Assembly (NCBI RefSeq): GCF_009914755.1
Contig: NC_060937.1
DNA from: the human T2T-CHM13v2.0 reference genome, Homo sapiens
Strand: one strand, 5' to 3'
DNA length: 64,000 nucleotides
Position numbers and translations under genes: made by a program. Positions 1 through 11,789 of this stretch are shown here, in pieces; the stretch's first letter is position 1, and each line of letters begins with the position of its first letter. The notes beneath the pieces were generated by a model that had not been told where the DNA came from, did no database searches, and saw only the letters and a program-made list of their open reading frames with translations.

Positions 1-270
1 TTCAAACATTTCATTGAACAAAGCTGCTACTGTACTCTATTTTATACTCTATGCTATTCAAATCATTTGATAAATATGAGGAGAGCTAGCATTGGCCAGG
101 ATTGGTAACAAATTGGATGAGGCATAAAAGAAAAAGTAAGGAATCTTAGATGACTCCAAATTCTCTAGTTCAAATTGGATAGGTTGTTAAACTACAAGTG
201 CAAAGAATTAGAGAAAAAGAGAACTAAAATACACAGACTTCAGCTTGTGTGAGAGAATCTATCAGGAATT

Positions 271-302
271 ATGTGTGTGTGTGTGTGTGGGTACACGTGT
301 GT
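271..302. repeat. (TG)n microsatellite
   Basis: atgtgtgtgtgtgtgtgtgg run. Confidence 0.9.
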
Positions 303-419
303 TGGGTATGTAGCAGGTTTTGTATCACAGAGTAAATGCTTGACTGACATTTAACTTACCACTCCTAATATTAATGTGCTTACAACATCACATGCCAGAT
401 TTGCATGTAGGAAATTATT

Positions 420-910
420 CCCTCATAGATGAAACCCACCTGTCTTTTACTGCTTTGTGATACTGGAAATGGACCTTGTAAACATTTCTCTTTTGCCAGC
501 TGACATAATATCAAGCTGGGTCAGTAAAGAGTGCTGGTCTGATTGGTTTCTCTGTCTTCTTTGCTCCTGCAGTGTGTGAAGACCAGTTCCTGGGAGATAT
601 CCAGTGAAGCTGACCTTCCAGATGGCTCTTCAGTGACCTAGCCCCAGACAATTACCCAGCATTTTGTTAGAACTACAACTGGCCTTCCTACAAGTTTTGC
701 AAGCATCTTAGCAGGTAGTTTCTAAGCATGTTTCAGTTATACTTCCATGGGTGGCTTCCCAGGGAGTCCCACCAGCATGTCAGAAGGTGGCTTCATAATT
801 AGTTTCAACAGCACCACAAAGGTGGCTTTTCAGTGGGTTCAATTGGAGACCAGCCAGAATCAGTGCATTCCTTCGGCATCCCAGTGGGAAGTTTTCTGCT
901 TTTCAGTCCC
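420..910 (+). mobile_element. ERVL LTR, LTR33-like, 5' part
   Basis: tgtgatactggaaatggaccttgtaaacatttctcttttgccagctg...tcagtaaagagtgctgg resembles LTR33; followed by degenerate ccagc/agttt repeats. Confidence 0.6.
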
Positions 911-918
911 TGTCTATT

Positions 919-1256
919 GTATGAATTATTTGTGATTTTCTGTAATTTATGATGCTTTGACATCTCAGGGTCTCGCTAACGCTAGAAATACTGTTCCTCT
1001 CGTGGTTAGCTAGTTCCTAGAGACAGTAATCAACTTGTCTGCCAGCACATCTTTTACATGCAAACCAAGAAATCCAAAGTCCATACCCCCAACCACCTCC
1101 TTTATTTAACTCTCACACACCAAATCAATATTGTGCCTGCTCTAAATTATTCCAGGGATAAGTATTAGACAACTGGGGATACCTATATAGCCGAGAGCTT
1201 ACTGATATTGTTCAAGCCTACCAATTCTAAGGATTTACCATGCCTAGCCCATTCTT
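919..1256 (+). mobile_element. ERVL LTR fragment, MER74/MER54-like
   Basis: gctttgacatctcaggg...gctagttcctagagacagtaa...atgcaaaccaagaaatccaaagtccatacccccaaccacctcctttat. Confidence 0.6.
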
Positions 1257-2070
1257 GAACTTGATTCTAAGGGTTTCAGACAAAGGACATTGGGATACAA
1301 ACACTAAATTGGACTGAATTCATTAATACAGGCATAGTTACTACAGATTCTGGATATAATGTGGTAGGTAGATTGTGGACCTGGAGCTACATTTAACCAT
1401 GGATTTTTTATTTAAGAAAAACTTGGAAAAAACAGTGTTTCATGAGAATTTATATGTTAGAGCTTCCCTGGTACGATGTGGAAGAGGGAATCCTGGGGCT
1501 TTAGTAGATAGGTATGTTGAAGTAGAATGAGCATGTGCAACATGTAGTCCCAATTTGTATGTTTAAGAGAAAGTCTAGCAGTCACCCCCTTTATTAAGGT
1601 AGTGAGAAATGTACTCATGAGGGAAACACCTGAATCCATGAAAAGCCCCGTGATTGCTTTCCTTTGTAGGTTATTTGTGACTATGGGAGATACTGCAACT
1701 GATTTGTTCTTTCTAGTTTCAATATGGAAGATTGGATCCAGAGGTACCAGAGGCCAAGTCGTAGCACTTAACTGCCAAGACAAGGTTGATGTATTAATCA
1801 TAAGGGGCAGCTCAAGGATGTACTGGTATGCATAAAGACTTACCCAGTAAGGAACTTTGGTCCTGCTTAATTAATTGATTATGGTATTCCTAAGATAGAA
1901 ATAGATGGATGTCTTACTGGAATACAGCTTGATTAACATTAGAAAATAACAAAAACAATAGTTTCAATCTGGTAATAAAAACCCTGTTGCCACAGTAGAG
2001 AGTCACCATATCTTCTCTATTTCTAGATCTAAGATAATTCAAAGATCCAAAGTCTCTTGACTGAAAGACT
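1257..2070 (+). mobile_element. ERV-L internal fragment, decayed gag
   Basis: ORF 1602-1835 (RETPESMKSPVIAFLC...IGSRGTRGQVVALNCQ) resembles ERV-L Gag (RGAPASLKSSVIALLC...IGSRGGRGQVAALNRQ). Confidence 0.8.
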
Positions 2071-2200
2071 TCAAATCAGTTGACATAAATGACACAACAA
2101 TTTGAGTACATAACCTTTGATGTAAAGAATTATTAATGAGGGATTGATGACACAAAATTTGGTAAGACTTAAAGAAAACTAAAAAGAGAGATAGATAGTA

Positions 2201-2584
2201 CTATATTAGGTTGAAAGCTTGTTCCCTCCAAAACTGACATTGAAATTTCATTGCTATGTTAGTAGTTTTGAAGGGTGGGACCTTTAAGAGGTGACTAGGC
2301 TATGGGGGTTCTGCCTTCATGAATAGACTGATGCCACTATGAAAATGAACTAATGGGAGTGGTGGGTTCTGCCATGTGAGAAACAGTGTTTCTCCCTCCC
2401 AGAGGATGCAGCATTAAAGGTGTCATTTGTGGAACTAGAGACCAGGCCCTCACCAGACACCCAACCCTGCCTGCACTTTGATCTTGGACTTCTCAGCCTC
2501 CAGAACTGTGAGAAATACATTTGTTCTTTATAAATTGCCCAGTCACAGAAATTCTGTTATAGCAGCACAAAATTAACTAAGACA
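2201..2584 (+). mobile_element. ERVL-MaLR solo LTR, MSTD-like
   Basis: ccctccaaaactgacattgaaattt...gggtgggacctttaagaggtgactaggc...cagcctccagaactgtgagaaatacattt...aactaagaca. Confidence 0.85.
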
Positions 2585-2597
2585 GATATAGGGAGAT

Positions 2598-2633
2598 TAG
2601 ATAGATAGATAGATAGATAGATGATAGATAGAT

Positions 2634-2684
<51 letters not shown>
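2598..2684. repeat. (GATA)n tetranucleotide STR
   Basis: About 20 GATA units with GAT interruptions. Confidence 0.97.
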
Positions 2685-3358
2685 TTAAAAAAAGAAGATG
2701 TAAGAGGCAGCCATTAACAATAGAACTGTAACAGGTTGCTTAAAGAAGTGCTCCCCCTCCCTGCCACACCAACCAAAGGCTGAAGGGAGGTATTTCTGTG
2801 GCTTGCTGGATGTTGAAAATGTTAGGGATGTCTCTGAAAATATATTATCTCTGGTAACGGGGGAAGCCATTCACAGGGGTGATTGTCACCTTAGAATGCA
2901 TTACAATGCCACCTATAAAAGAGCCAAAAGGGAACATTTGCAGGGAGGAAGGGGCCTCACTGGTGACATGCTACTGTGAAGCCATTGTAGGATGTCCTAA
3001 GGATACTACTAAAACTAAGTGCTTCAGAAACCAGGAACCAGAGAACTTACCCACTGCAGGAGCTGGAATTGGATGAAGCCATACCCTAAAGTAGTGTATC
3101 ACTGACAAAACATCACCCAGAAAGGAGGCTAGCATGGGATTAATTGTGCTATGAAGGGCACTAGCACTGAAGAAAGCTTTGACCTAAAGGAGACTAGAGA
3201 TTGAGGCACAATGGGTAGAAGAGGAAGAAACCCCTTTTTTACCTCCTCAAAAGCAGATGTGTAGTTCTAACAATTTTAGGAAAGAAGAAGATAAATATTT
3301 ATTGTTTACCTTTGCTTCCTTCCTTGCTACCCTCTTCCTTCATGTATATAAAAGAGAT

Positions 3359-3382
3359 ACACACACACAAACACACACACAG

Positions 3383-3409
<27 letters not shown>
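3359..3409. repeat. (CA)n microsatellite
   Basis: Interrupted CA run. Confidence 0.95.
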
Positions 3410-3413
<4 letters not shown>

Positions 3414-3464
3414 GCAGCGGGGGAGAGAAGAGAAAATATGCACGGCTATTATGGTTATTATTTC

Positions 3465-5690
3465 TCTAATTGGTCACAATGTAGTAGCTGATATCTACAG
3501 CTTTCTTCTTCCACTATGCATTCTGTATATTCCCTGCATGTAGCCGGTACCTCAGCTGAAAGTTTTTGTCTTGTTTAGTAATGTAAAACTTGCGATGTAA
3601 AACTCTTATTGAGGGTCTAAGTTTACAACCATCTTTTTATTTATTTTAATTTAGTCATTATTTTGATTGTCACAGTTTTGCATTAACCTGTACTACTGTG
3701 TGCAGAAGTATTAAAAAGCACTTGGAGATTTTAGATTCAGTCCTCCTTGCCTTCACAGTGTAGCAGCAACAAAATATCTCCTTGGTAATTGGAATTAATA
3801 ACTTCAGCTGGCAGAGTAACCCTTCTTTTCTGCCTGTTTGTTCAATGGCAAAAGGATTCCCAAATTGCCTAAAGGCAGTCTCATTCTACAATTGAATGAG
3901 TGTTGCATCTCCTAGTTGAAGCATCCATGCCTTAGGAACTAACACCTCTAAAAACAGGCAAAGCCCAAGGTTTCCAAGAGAGAATGCAAATATTCAGAGA
4001 AGATATTTAGAAATAAGAGTGAGCATAGTCTCCCTTACTTCCACTACTTGACTTCTGAACTCATGCATAGTGACTTCTGGGAAGACAAACAACTATAATG
4101 TCTTCTGATTAAAATAATTCGAGTCACATATTATATCCCTTTAGAATGTTATCTCCCAGTGGGTACCATTACTAAATCTTCAATAAACCATTTTATTTTT
4201 AAATTAACTCAGCCAATACTCATCCAAAAGTGTGCTGGGCTACATGTTATAAGAAGTTAATTTCATGAGCATGAACCAATCTCTGCTCTTCCTTTGCTGA
4301 GAAATGGGTTTCTTCATCAATGTTCTCATGAGGAATATCGTAAATGTGGGTAAGGTATTCTGGAGGATCATGAATGATGATGCTATGATCTGAATGTTTT
4401 TGTCCCTTTCCTCCAACCCCCAATTCATACTTTGAAATTCTAATCCACAATGTGACAATATTAGGCAGTGGAGCTTAGGAGAGGTACTTAGGTCACAAGA
4501 GCAGAGCGCTCATGAATGGACGTAGTGCCCTTTTAAAACAGACTCAAAGGAGTTAATTTACCATTTCTGCCATGTAAGGACACAGTAAGAAGGTGCTATA
4601 TACAAACCAGGAAATGGGCCCTTATCAAGCATCACATCTGCCAGCAACTTGATTCTGAATTTCCCAGCCTCCGTAACTGTGAGAAATAAATTTCTGTTGT
4701 TTGTGAGCTACCTAGTCTATAGTACTTTGTAATAGCAGCCTGAACCAACTAAAAACAGGTGGTGTTGGTGAAATATTATGTGGGAAGAAGGCAATTCATA
4801 TCCCAAATATACCTATTTAAATAAGAGCAAATCTCTGCCCTTCCATGATGGAAGAGGTCCAATCTAATCAACAGCTATGAGGATATTTAGCCTACCAAGG
4901 CAATGATGTTAAATCTAGTCCTGACTGTTAGCCTTCATAATAAGGTATTAGGCACTCAGAATTATTGTTAGTCAAGTCAGCTTTACTAACAGAAATTTCA
5001 GTTGTTGAGTTAATGTGTAGCCTCTATTTTTACCACAATGATCATTTTGTTCATGGGCCTATTGAGATAGCATTGGATGGGCTTGGAAAAAAGCCAACTA
5101 ATATCCATAGAGCATTTTATTTTACCCACCTGATACTTTAGAATCTTATCTCCTGGGAATGTCCTTTGGTGGATACTCACACTGGAGCAAATATATTCAC
5201 AGTTTGTGCCAATTCTAAAATGTCCATCCATATACTTTTACAGATTTCTATGTCACCAATCTTCCAATCCCATTTTTTCCAAAGTCCTGAACATTCAATC
5301 AAATCATTATCAACTTTTCATAAATAATGTAGATCTGTACTGTTGGCCTCTGTCATTCTAGACGTATTGGACAACTAAATGCACTGCTTCAAGTTCTGCC
5401 CACTGGGATAATTTTGTCTTTCCGTTATTCTTTAGGGACATTCTTGTGTGAGGCTGTAGTGCCACTGTTGTCCACTTTTGGGTGGTAACAGCATATCAGG
5501 TTAACATATATGTAAAGCAGCCATTTTGAGTGGGTTTCTTTTAGCCAATTAGTCATAAGGAACACCCCAGGGAACTGTAGCCATAAATTGTGGGAAAGGA
5601 TCTAATACGATAGCAATCAGTGTTGAAAGCATCTGAGCCACTTGAACATGAAACTTACAGTAAGTTCTGGACCTGCCTAAGCTTGGTTAT
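3465..5690 (-). mobile_element. ERV-L internal fragment (RNase H/integrase/3' region), decayed
   Basis: ORF 4247-4450 (DIPHENIDEETHFSAKEEQRLVHAHEI) resembles ERV-L IN (GIPHSIASDQGTHFTAKEVRQWAHAHGI); ORF 5010-5231 SVSIHQR resembles SHVNAHQR. Confidence 0.8.
4381..4757 (+). mobile_element. MLT1A-like solo LTR nested in the ERV-L integrase region
   Basis: tgctatgatctgaatgttttgtccc...gaaataaatttctgttg...aactaaaaaca; host ERV sequence is colinear on both sides. Confidence 0.85.
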
Positions 5691-5739
5691 AATTATTTTT
5701 TGTTGTAATATATATTTTTATTTATATATGCTAACCAAG

Positions 5740-6216
5740 TTGTAGCAGATTCTACTTGGACAGCTTCCAAGTGAGTTTTGCAGTTGTTCTAGAATGAGGA
5801 TATCCAGCAAGTTTCTATAGTACCCCCAGCGGAAGTTTCTCAGTGAGTTCCTCCTCTCACCTCAGTCAGCTTATCAGCAAGTGTTTTAACATCTACATAG
5901 ACATTTGTTCTTTGCCAATCCTGACTTGCGACGTCATACACGATTTCTCTGCCATGCAGTAGAAGACAATCTCGTATACTATGTCAGATCTAAATTTCAA
6001 CCTTGGATTGGGGATCTTCCAAATTTGTTCTTTCCTTTGTACTCTGCCTCAGCAATAAAGGCAGTAATTTTTCTCAATATACACTACACTTGTTTTATGA
6101 CTTCATTTTCCCTAATATTTAATCTGCTATTAACTAGTAAATAAATTTTAGATTAAAAATTTAATGTTCTAATCATTATGTGTTTTTTATTGTATGACTG
6201 GACCATGAATAATACA
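5740..6216 (+). mobile_element. ERVL LTR, LTR33-like, 3' part
   Basis: ccagcaagtttc repeats, then the LTR terminus gactggaccatgaataataca. Confidence 0.6.
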
Positions 6217-6259
6217 TCATCTTCTCCCTTAAGGTTTTTTTCTCTAGAATCTCTTGGGA

Positions 6260-7010
6260 CGTACCAATTTGTTATTAAATACAAAATATGTGGCAAGGAC
6301 TGTTCCTAGTGTTTTGAGGAAATCTGTAATAATGCAAAATTATGCAGTTTCACTCCTTATTTAGCTTTAGGTATAGTGGAGGAGGAGAAGAAGAAAGAGG
6401 AGAAGAGAAAAATGAAGAGGAGGAAGAGAAACAACAACAAGGAGAAGGAGCAGAAGAAAAAAGAACAACAAGAACATTTAGAACACTAAGTAATAAGGGG
6501 AACTCCACTACCCTTTATAATAAAGAAATAATTCCCTAAGGTATTAACATTAATATTGAAGATATAATGCTTGCAAAACAAGTTAAAAGGAAGAGGAGAG
6601 TGATCTTAGCTGAGAAAATATTATTTGCCAAGATAATCAACATAAGCCAGAGAGAGAAGAAATGAATGAAAATAGTAGCAGATAGGTATGGAGAGAGAAA
6701 GCATGCTTGCAGGAGAGAGGAGTCTGTATAATGCACACAACTATTTGGATCACTGATAGATCATTTTAAATGTTGTATGGAGAATGAATTGAGTAAATGT
6801 GAATATGGGATTATAGATGTAACATTTTAAAAGAAAATATAAGGGTAATATTGTGGTACACGAGGCAAAGATGTGGGCCGGATATAGGGTGGAGCAGAGG
6901 AAATAAAGCATATTGGACAAATTCAAAATATAGCTTAGAATCAATTTGGAATTTAAGTTTTATTGAATATGAGAAGTGGCAAGAGATATATAAAAATGAC
7001 TAAAATGATA
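6260..7010 (-). mobile_element. L2 fragment with a GA-rich low-complexity tract (6375-6480)
   Basis: ttattaaatacaaaatatgtggcaaggactgttcctagtg resembles the reverse L2 3' end. Confidence 0.5.
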
Positions 7011-7203
7011 AATATTCTGCAAAGGGTTTAATATTTAAAATTAAAAACAAACACACACAAAAGAGATATCCCAAAAGAAAAAGCATCTTATTAAGATAAA
7101 AGCTCTCTATCACCAAAAGAATTCAATCACTGTGTAAATAATTCAATCACAAACCAAATAACAATCAGCACAGATGAAGCAGGGAGTACTCAACTCTATA
7201 ATG

Positions 7204-7370
7204 AATGGTTGTCAAATCTGAGTGATCATTGCAATCATCTTAAGGCACATTTAAAAAGGGGGATTCAGTCTTTACCCTCAACTACTGTCACAAACTCCAG
7301 GAGCTGGGAAGTTTGTGCTTTTATTTGTTCCAGGTGACTCCAATGATCAATGAAGTGTGACAAACACTAG
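7204..7370. mobile_element. MER5-like hAT-Charlie MITE
   Basis: tggttgtcaaa...ccaggtgactccaatg...gtgtgacaaacact degenerate terminal inverted repeats. Confidence 0.55.
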
Positions 7371-7859
7371 ATGATATTTAAGGTCCTATAGCAATCTGAA
7401 ATTTTATGATCAAAGCAAACTAGTAAATTGTCTGCCATTAGAGTTTGTGTTAGAAAAAAAGCAGAATCCCTTAATAGGAAAGATAATGGAAAGCAAACAT
7501 AATAATCATCTTATATCCTAATCATTTTAGAGGAGGTCTTTATAGCACACAAGAACATTTTGTGAGAAATTTTTCATATCTATTTAGTGGTAAATGTTGT
7601 CAGGTTTGTGTTTTTCTTGCTAGATATGCATGTACATGAAAGTATGCATATATATTAATGACAATAATACATTTTATTTATTTATTTATTCTCTATAAGC
7701 ACTTGAATAAATGATGCTGTTTCTCAGAAAAAAAAAACTCCTTAACATCTGATCTAAGTAGTAAAAGATATATATTGTGTGATCTTTTGACTAGATTTTT
7801 GTTTCAGCTTGCCCCTATGAATTAATTTCTGTACTGTATCCAGAGTGGTAAGGTCATAT

Positions 7860-9120
7860 AACTGCTCTATTAAAAGTCATTTTATAACTTTTTAGCTCAT
7901 TGCAATTAAAAGCTGAATTCCTTATGATGGCCTATAACATCTTTTATGATTGCCTCTAATCATGGTTCTGATCTTAACTTTTACCATATTCTCTTCATTA
8001 TAGTGATAGTGTCATATTTGTTCTTCCTTGAACACACCAAGCAACTCAATCCTCAGATAATTTACACTTTTTTTTTTTTTAATGCTGGGAACATTTGCTT
8101 TCTGGCAGCCACATGGCTCACTTCTCAATTTCTTCAACTTTCTTGTTAGCTTATTATTTTTTATTTAATGAAGGTCATCCATTACCATTTCTAACCATTC
8201 TATATAGGATATCAACCTCTATCATATTTATTACTGCCTATCTAACTCACCTTGTCTCTTTTTCTCTGTGATAGTTGGTGTGGTGGTAAGGTGTGTACGG
8301 AAGAGTGATACTCTGCAATCCTGTGATTAGGTCTCTGATTTAGTGAGCCTCTGGCTGTGATTTTCAAATGTCCTTCTCAGCTTTTCATTTTGTTTTCCAT
8401 CTTTATGTGAAAATGAAGACTAGAAGGATCTGGAGTTGAGTTATTTTCCTTCCTCTACTCAATTAGGTTCTGATAAAACACATATTGACTAGATTTTGAT
8501 AAAATTGTTTCTTCTGAGGGAAGCCCTTTGTTAAAGAGAAAAAATATACTGAGCAATTTCAAAATACCCGAAGCATGAGATTTTTCTCTGGTGTTCATCT
8601 TAGAAACCTGATGGGGTTCCTGGAACTAAAACTAGTGAGCCCTTGTGACTGGGTCACTGAGTTTTTAATTCCCAAGCTAGTTCACAATGAGCCTTCAGCA
8701 ATTTGCCCTCTCAGTTGAAGTATTCCTACAGCACTGATGCCATTGGCTGGTTTCTGCTTCTGGACATCTACTCTCAGTAAGCTGTGATTCTTCGTACTGG
8801 CCTTTCTCTTCAGTTTTCATGGCAATGGTTTGCCTGGTGACTCCAATTATTTCATAAACCTAAGAAGAGTTGTTGAATTTCAGTTTGTTCAGATTTTTTT
8901 TCCAGTAGTGAACATAGGAGTATGGCTTCCCAACTCTTTACATATTGGACTGAAAATCAGAAAAAAATCTCCTTTAAAAAAATAGTTTGCTTTCTGCCTT
9001 TTCCAACTACAGTTAAGCTCATGGGTGTTACAGATCTTTGTCTTCACTTTTTGCTGTTTTATTTCAAAACTGTGGCATAGCAGACACTTGACAAATATTT
9101 ATTGAATGTATGCTGGCATG
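7860..9120 (+). mobile_element. L2 3' region interrupted by an L1M 5' fragment
   Basis: aaaagctgaattccttatgatggcctata...cttccttgaacacacc; ends tggcatagcagacacttgacaaatatttattgaatg. Confidence 0.65.
8271..8965 (-). mobile_element. L1M (L1MC/MD-type) 5' UTR fragment
   Basis: cttcccaactctttacatattggactgaaaatcagaa is the reverse of an L1M 5' terminus; aagaagagttgttgaatttcagtttgttcag. Confidence 0.6.
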
Positions 9121-10084
9121 ATTTTCTGGATCTTTCAAGAGGGAGGACCCTCATCCTAGTGGTCATAGATATCATGAGTGGGCAGAATGTACTAAAACTG
9201 AGACTAGTTCTCAGAGGGCTTCAGAAGCCACATAAACAATGCTATAACCAGGGTTTACCAGTCTCTCAAACACTGAGTTTACAGACTTCATCCCTTTATG
9301 TGATGCCTTGCCAGAGGCATGTCTAGAAAGCTAGTAAAATGCCAGACAAGGAAACTGTATTACTGTATTGGTATCTGAAATAAAAGCTATTATAAATTAT
9401 TTCCTACTCAAAGAAAAGGAAAATCCTGTGAGTACAATGTTTTTCTAAGTCTGAAATTAGAGGATACCTGCCTAAATGAATGAGCTGTGTAAGTAAGATT
9501 CAAGGGTGTTGCTTAATTTTGTTATTATAATAGTGTCGCAGCAGCTGCATATCCTACTGTAGATCATTCTTGTCCAAGAGGTCATTGTTGTTGATTTGTC
9601 AATTTGGAGAAACTATGATGCACAAAAAATGCTTTTGTGTGCCTTATAGAAAATATGCATTTTACTTCCACACCTTTCCTAGATTTCAGAGTTCACTATC
9701 ACCCAGCAACTTATGTGGAAAATTTCGATAAGAACTAGTGAATACTCTCTTTCATATTATAGAATAATATAACGTATGCACTGACTGGGGTCAAATACAA
9801 GGAGAGTTATCTGAGTGAAAGTTATTATTTGATTATCTTTCTAATGCATGTTCTTCAATAAATTCAGAAAACCATTCATAATATCTTTGCATGGAAACTA
9901 GTAATATGATTTTGACAGTCATCCATTTCCCTACCTAATGTAACTCTTCATACAATCTGGATACAGTGCTTATAATTCAAAATACATGACCTCAGCACAT
10001 CAGTGAATAATGGAATTGGTTGCAGTATCTACTACCAGGTAGTCTACTGCCAGGGTACAAAATCACTTTCAGGCCACACAGTAA

Positions 10085-10422
<338 letters not shown>

Positions 10423-11435
10423 TTTAATGCATTTTTAAAAGATATTGTTTTACAAATTTCTGGCTCTCCAATATTTGACTCCATGCATTCAACTTTGCAT
10501 GCCTTCTTTATTTTTTTGATTTGTGAAGCAGTTATTTCTTTTGGAATCCACTGTAAGGCAGATGTAATATTAGCTGTTGGGGAACAATAATTGAATACCT
10601 TCAAAGGCTCAGTTTGGTGGCAAAATATACAGACAAAGAGAGGATAGCCTCAAAAATAAATTCATTTCAAGGAAAACAAAAGGGAATTCAAACAAGAAGA
10701 AAACAGAGTAGGGCTTGTTTCATATAGAATTGGAGAAGACATCAGCCAAGTAAAAATTGAGAGCAACTATGTTCACTTAGAAAGAGCAGGATCTGTGGTC
10801 ATGTAGCTGAAAACAATAGTAAGTTTAAATCATAGTGGTAGGGGAGAAGACCGGCTCTTGGTGGAGTTACAGGGTTGATCAGGGACAATGGATGCCAATG
10901 AAGATTCTTATAGGGATTTCTGTCTGATAACTCTGTTCTGAGCCATCTTTATTGACATAACATATTTAAACTAGACTATCCACTATAGTGTGAAATTTTG
11001 CAAGTTCCATTAATTAGGGTGAACTACAGTTCTACAAAATTTGTAGGTATAAATTTAATCCACATAAAAGTTTTGCAGTAATCCTCATTTACAATTTGGG
11101 CTGCAACCCAGATTTTTTTTTTTTGATTCTGAAGTCTATGATCATTTTTCTACATTTCACTTTATGAAACAAGAATTACAAATAAAGTAGTGGATATGAA
11201 TTATGAAAACATCCATAACTACATTTATCTAATAAGAATTGAGAAAGGAGAGAGTAGATACAAATAAACTTGGAAATAGAGGACAAATGTACTTAGAGAG
11301 GCTCTGTTTTCTGTACTCATAGCCTATAACCAATCCTTGGAAGGCCAAGATTAAGTCAGATAGAATCAGAGTGTACACGATTCACTAACCACATGACTTA
11401 GAGAATGCTACTTAACTTCTTTAAACAAAATTACT

Positions 11436-11789
<354 letters not shown>

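Larger units (their letters stand above)
2075..3260 (-). mobile_element. Probable ancient ERVL LTR (LTR33/LTR41-like), interrupted by a MaLR LTR and (GATA)n
   Basis: Lies where the 3' LTR of the adjacent minus-strand pol fragment is expected; only weak motif similarity. Confidence 0.35.

Noticed and set aside
6342-6539. Glu-rich ORF
   Set aside because: It is the translation of a GA-rich low-complexity tract.
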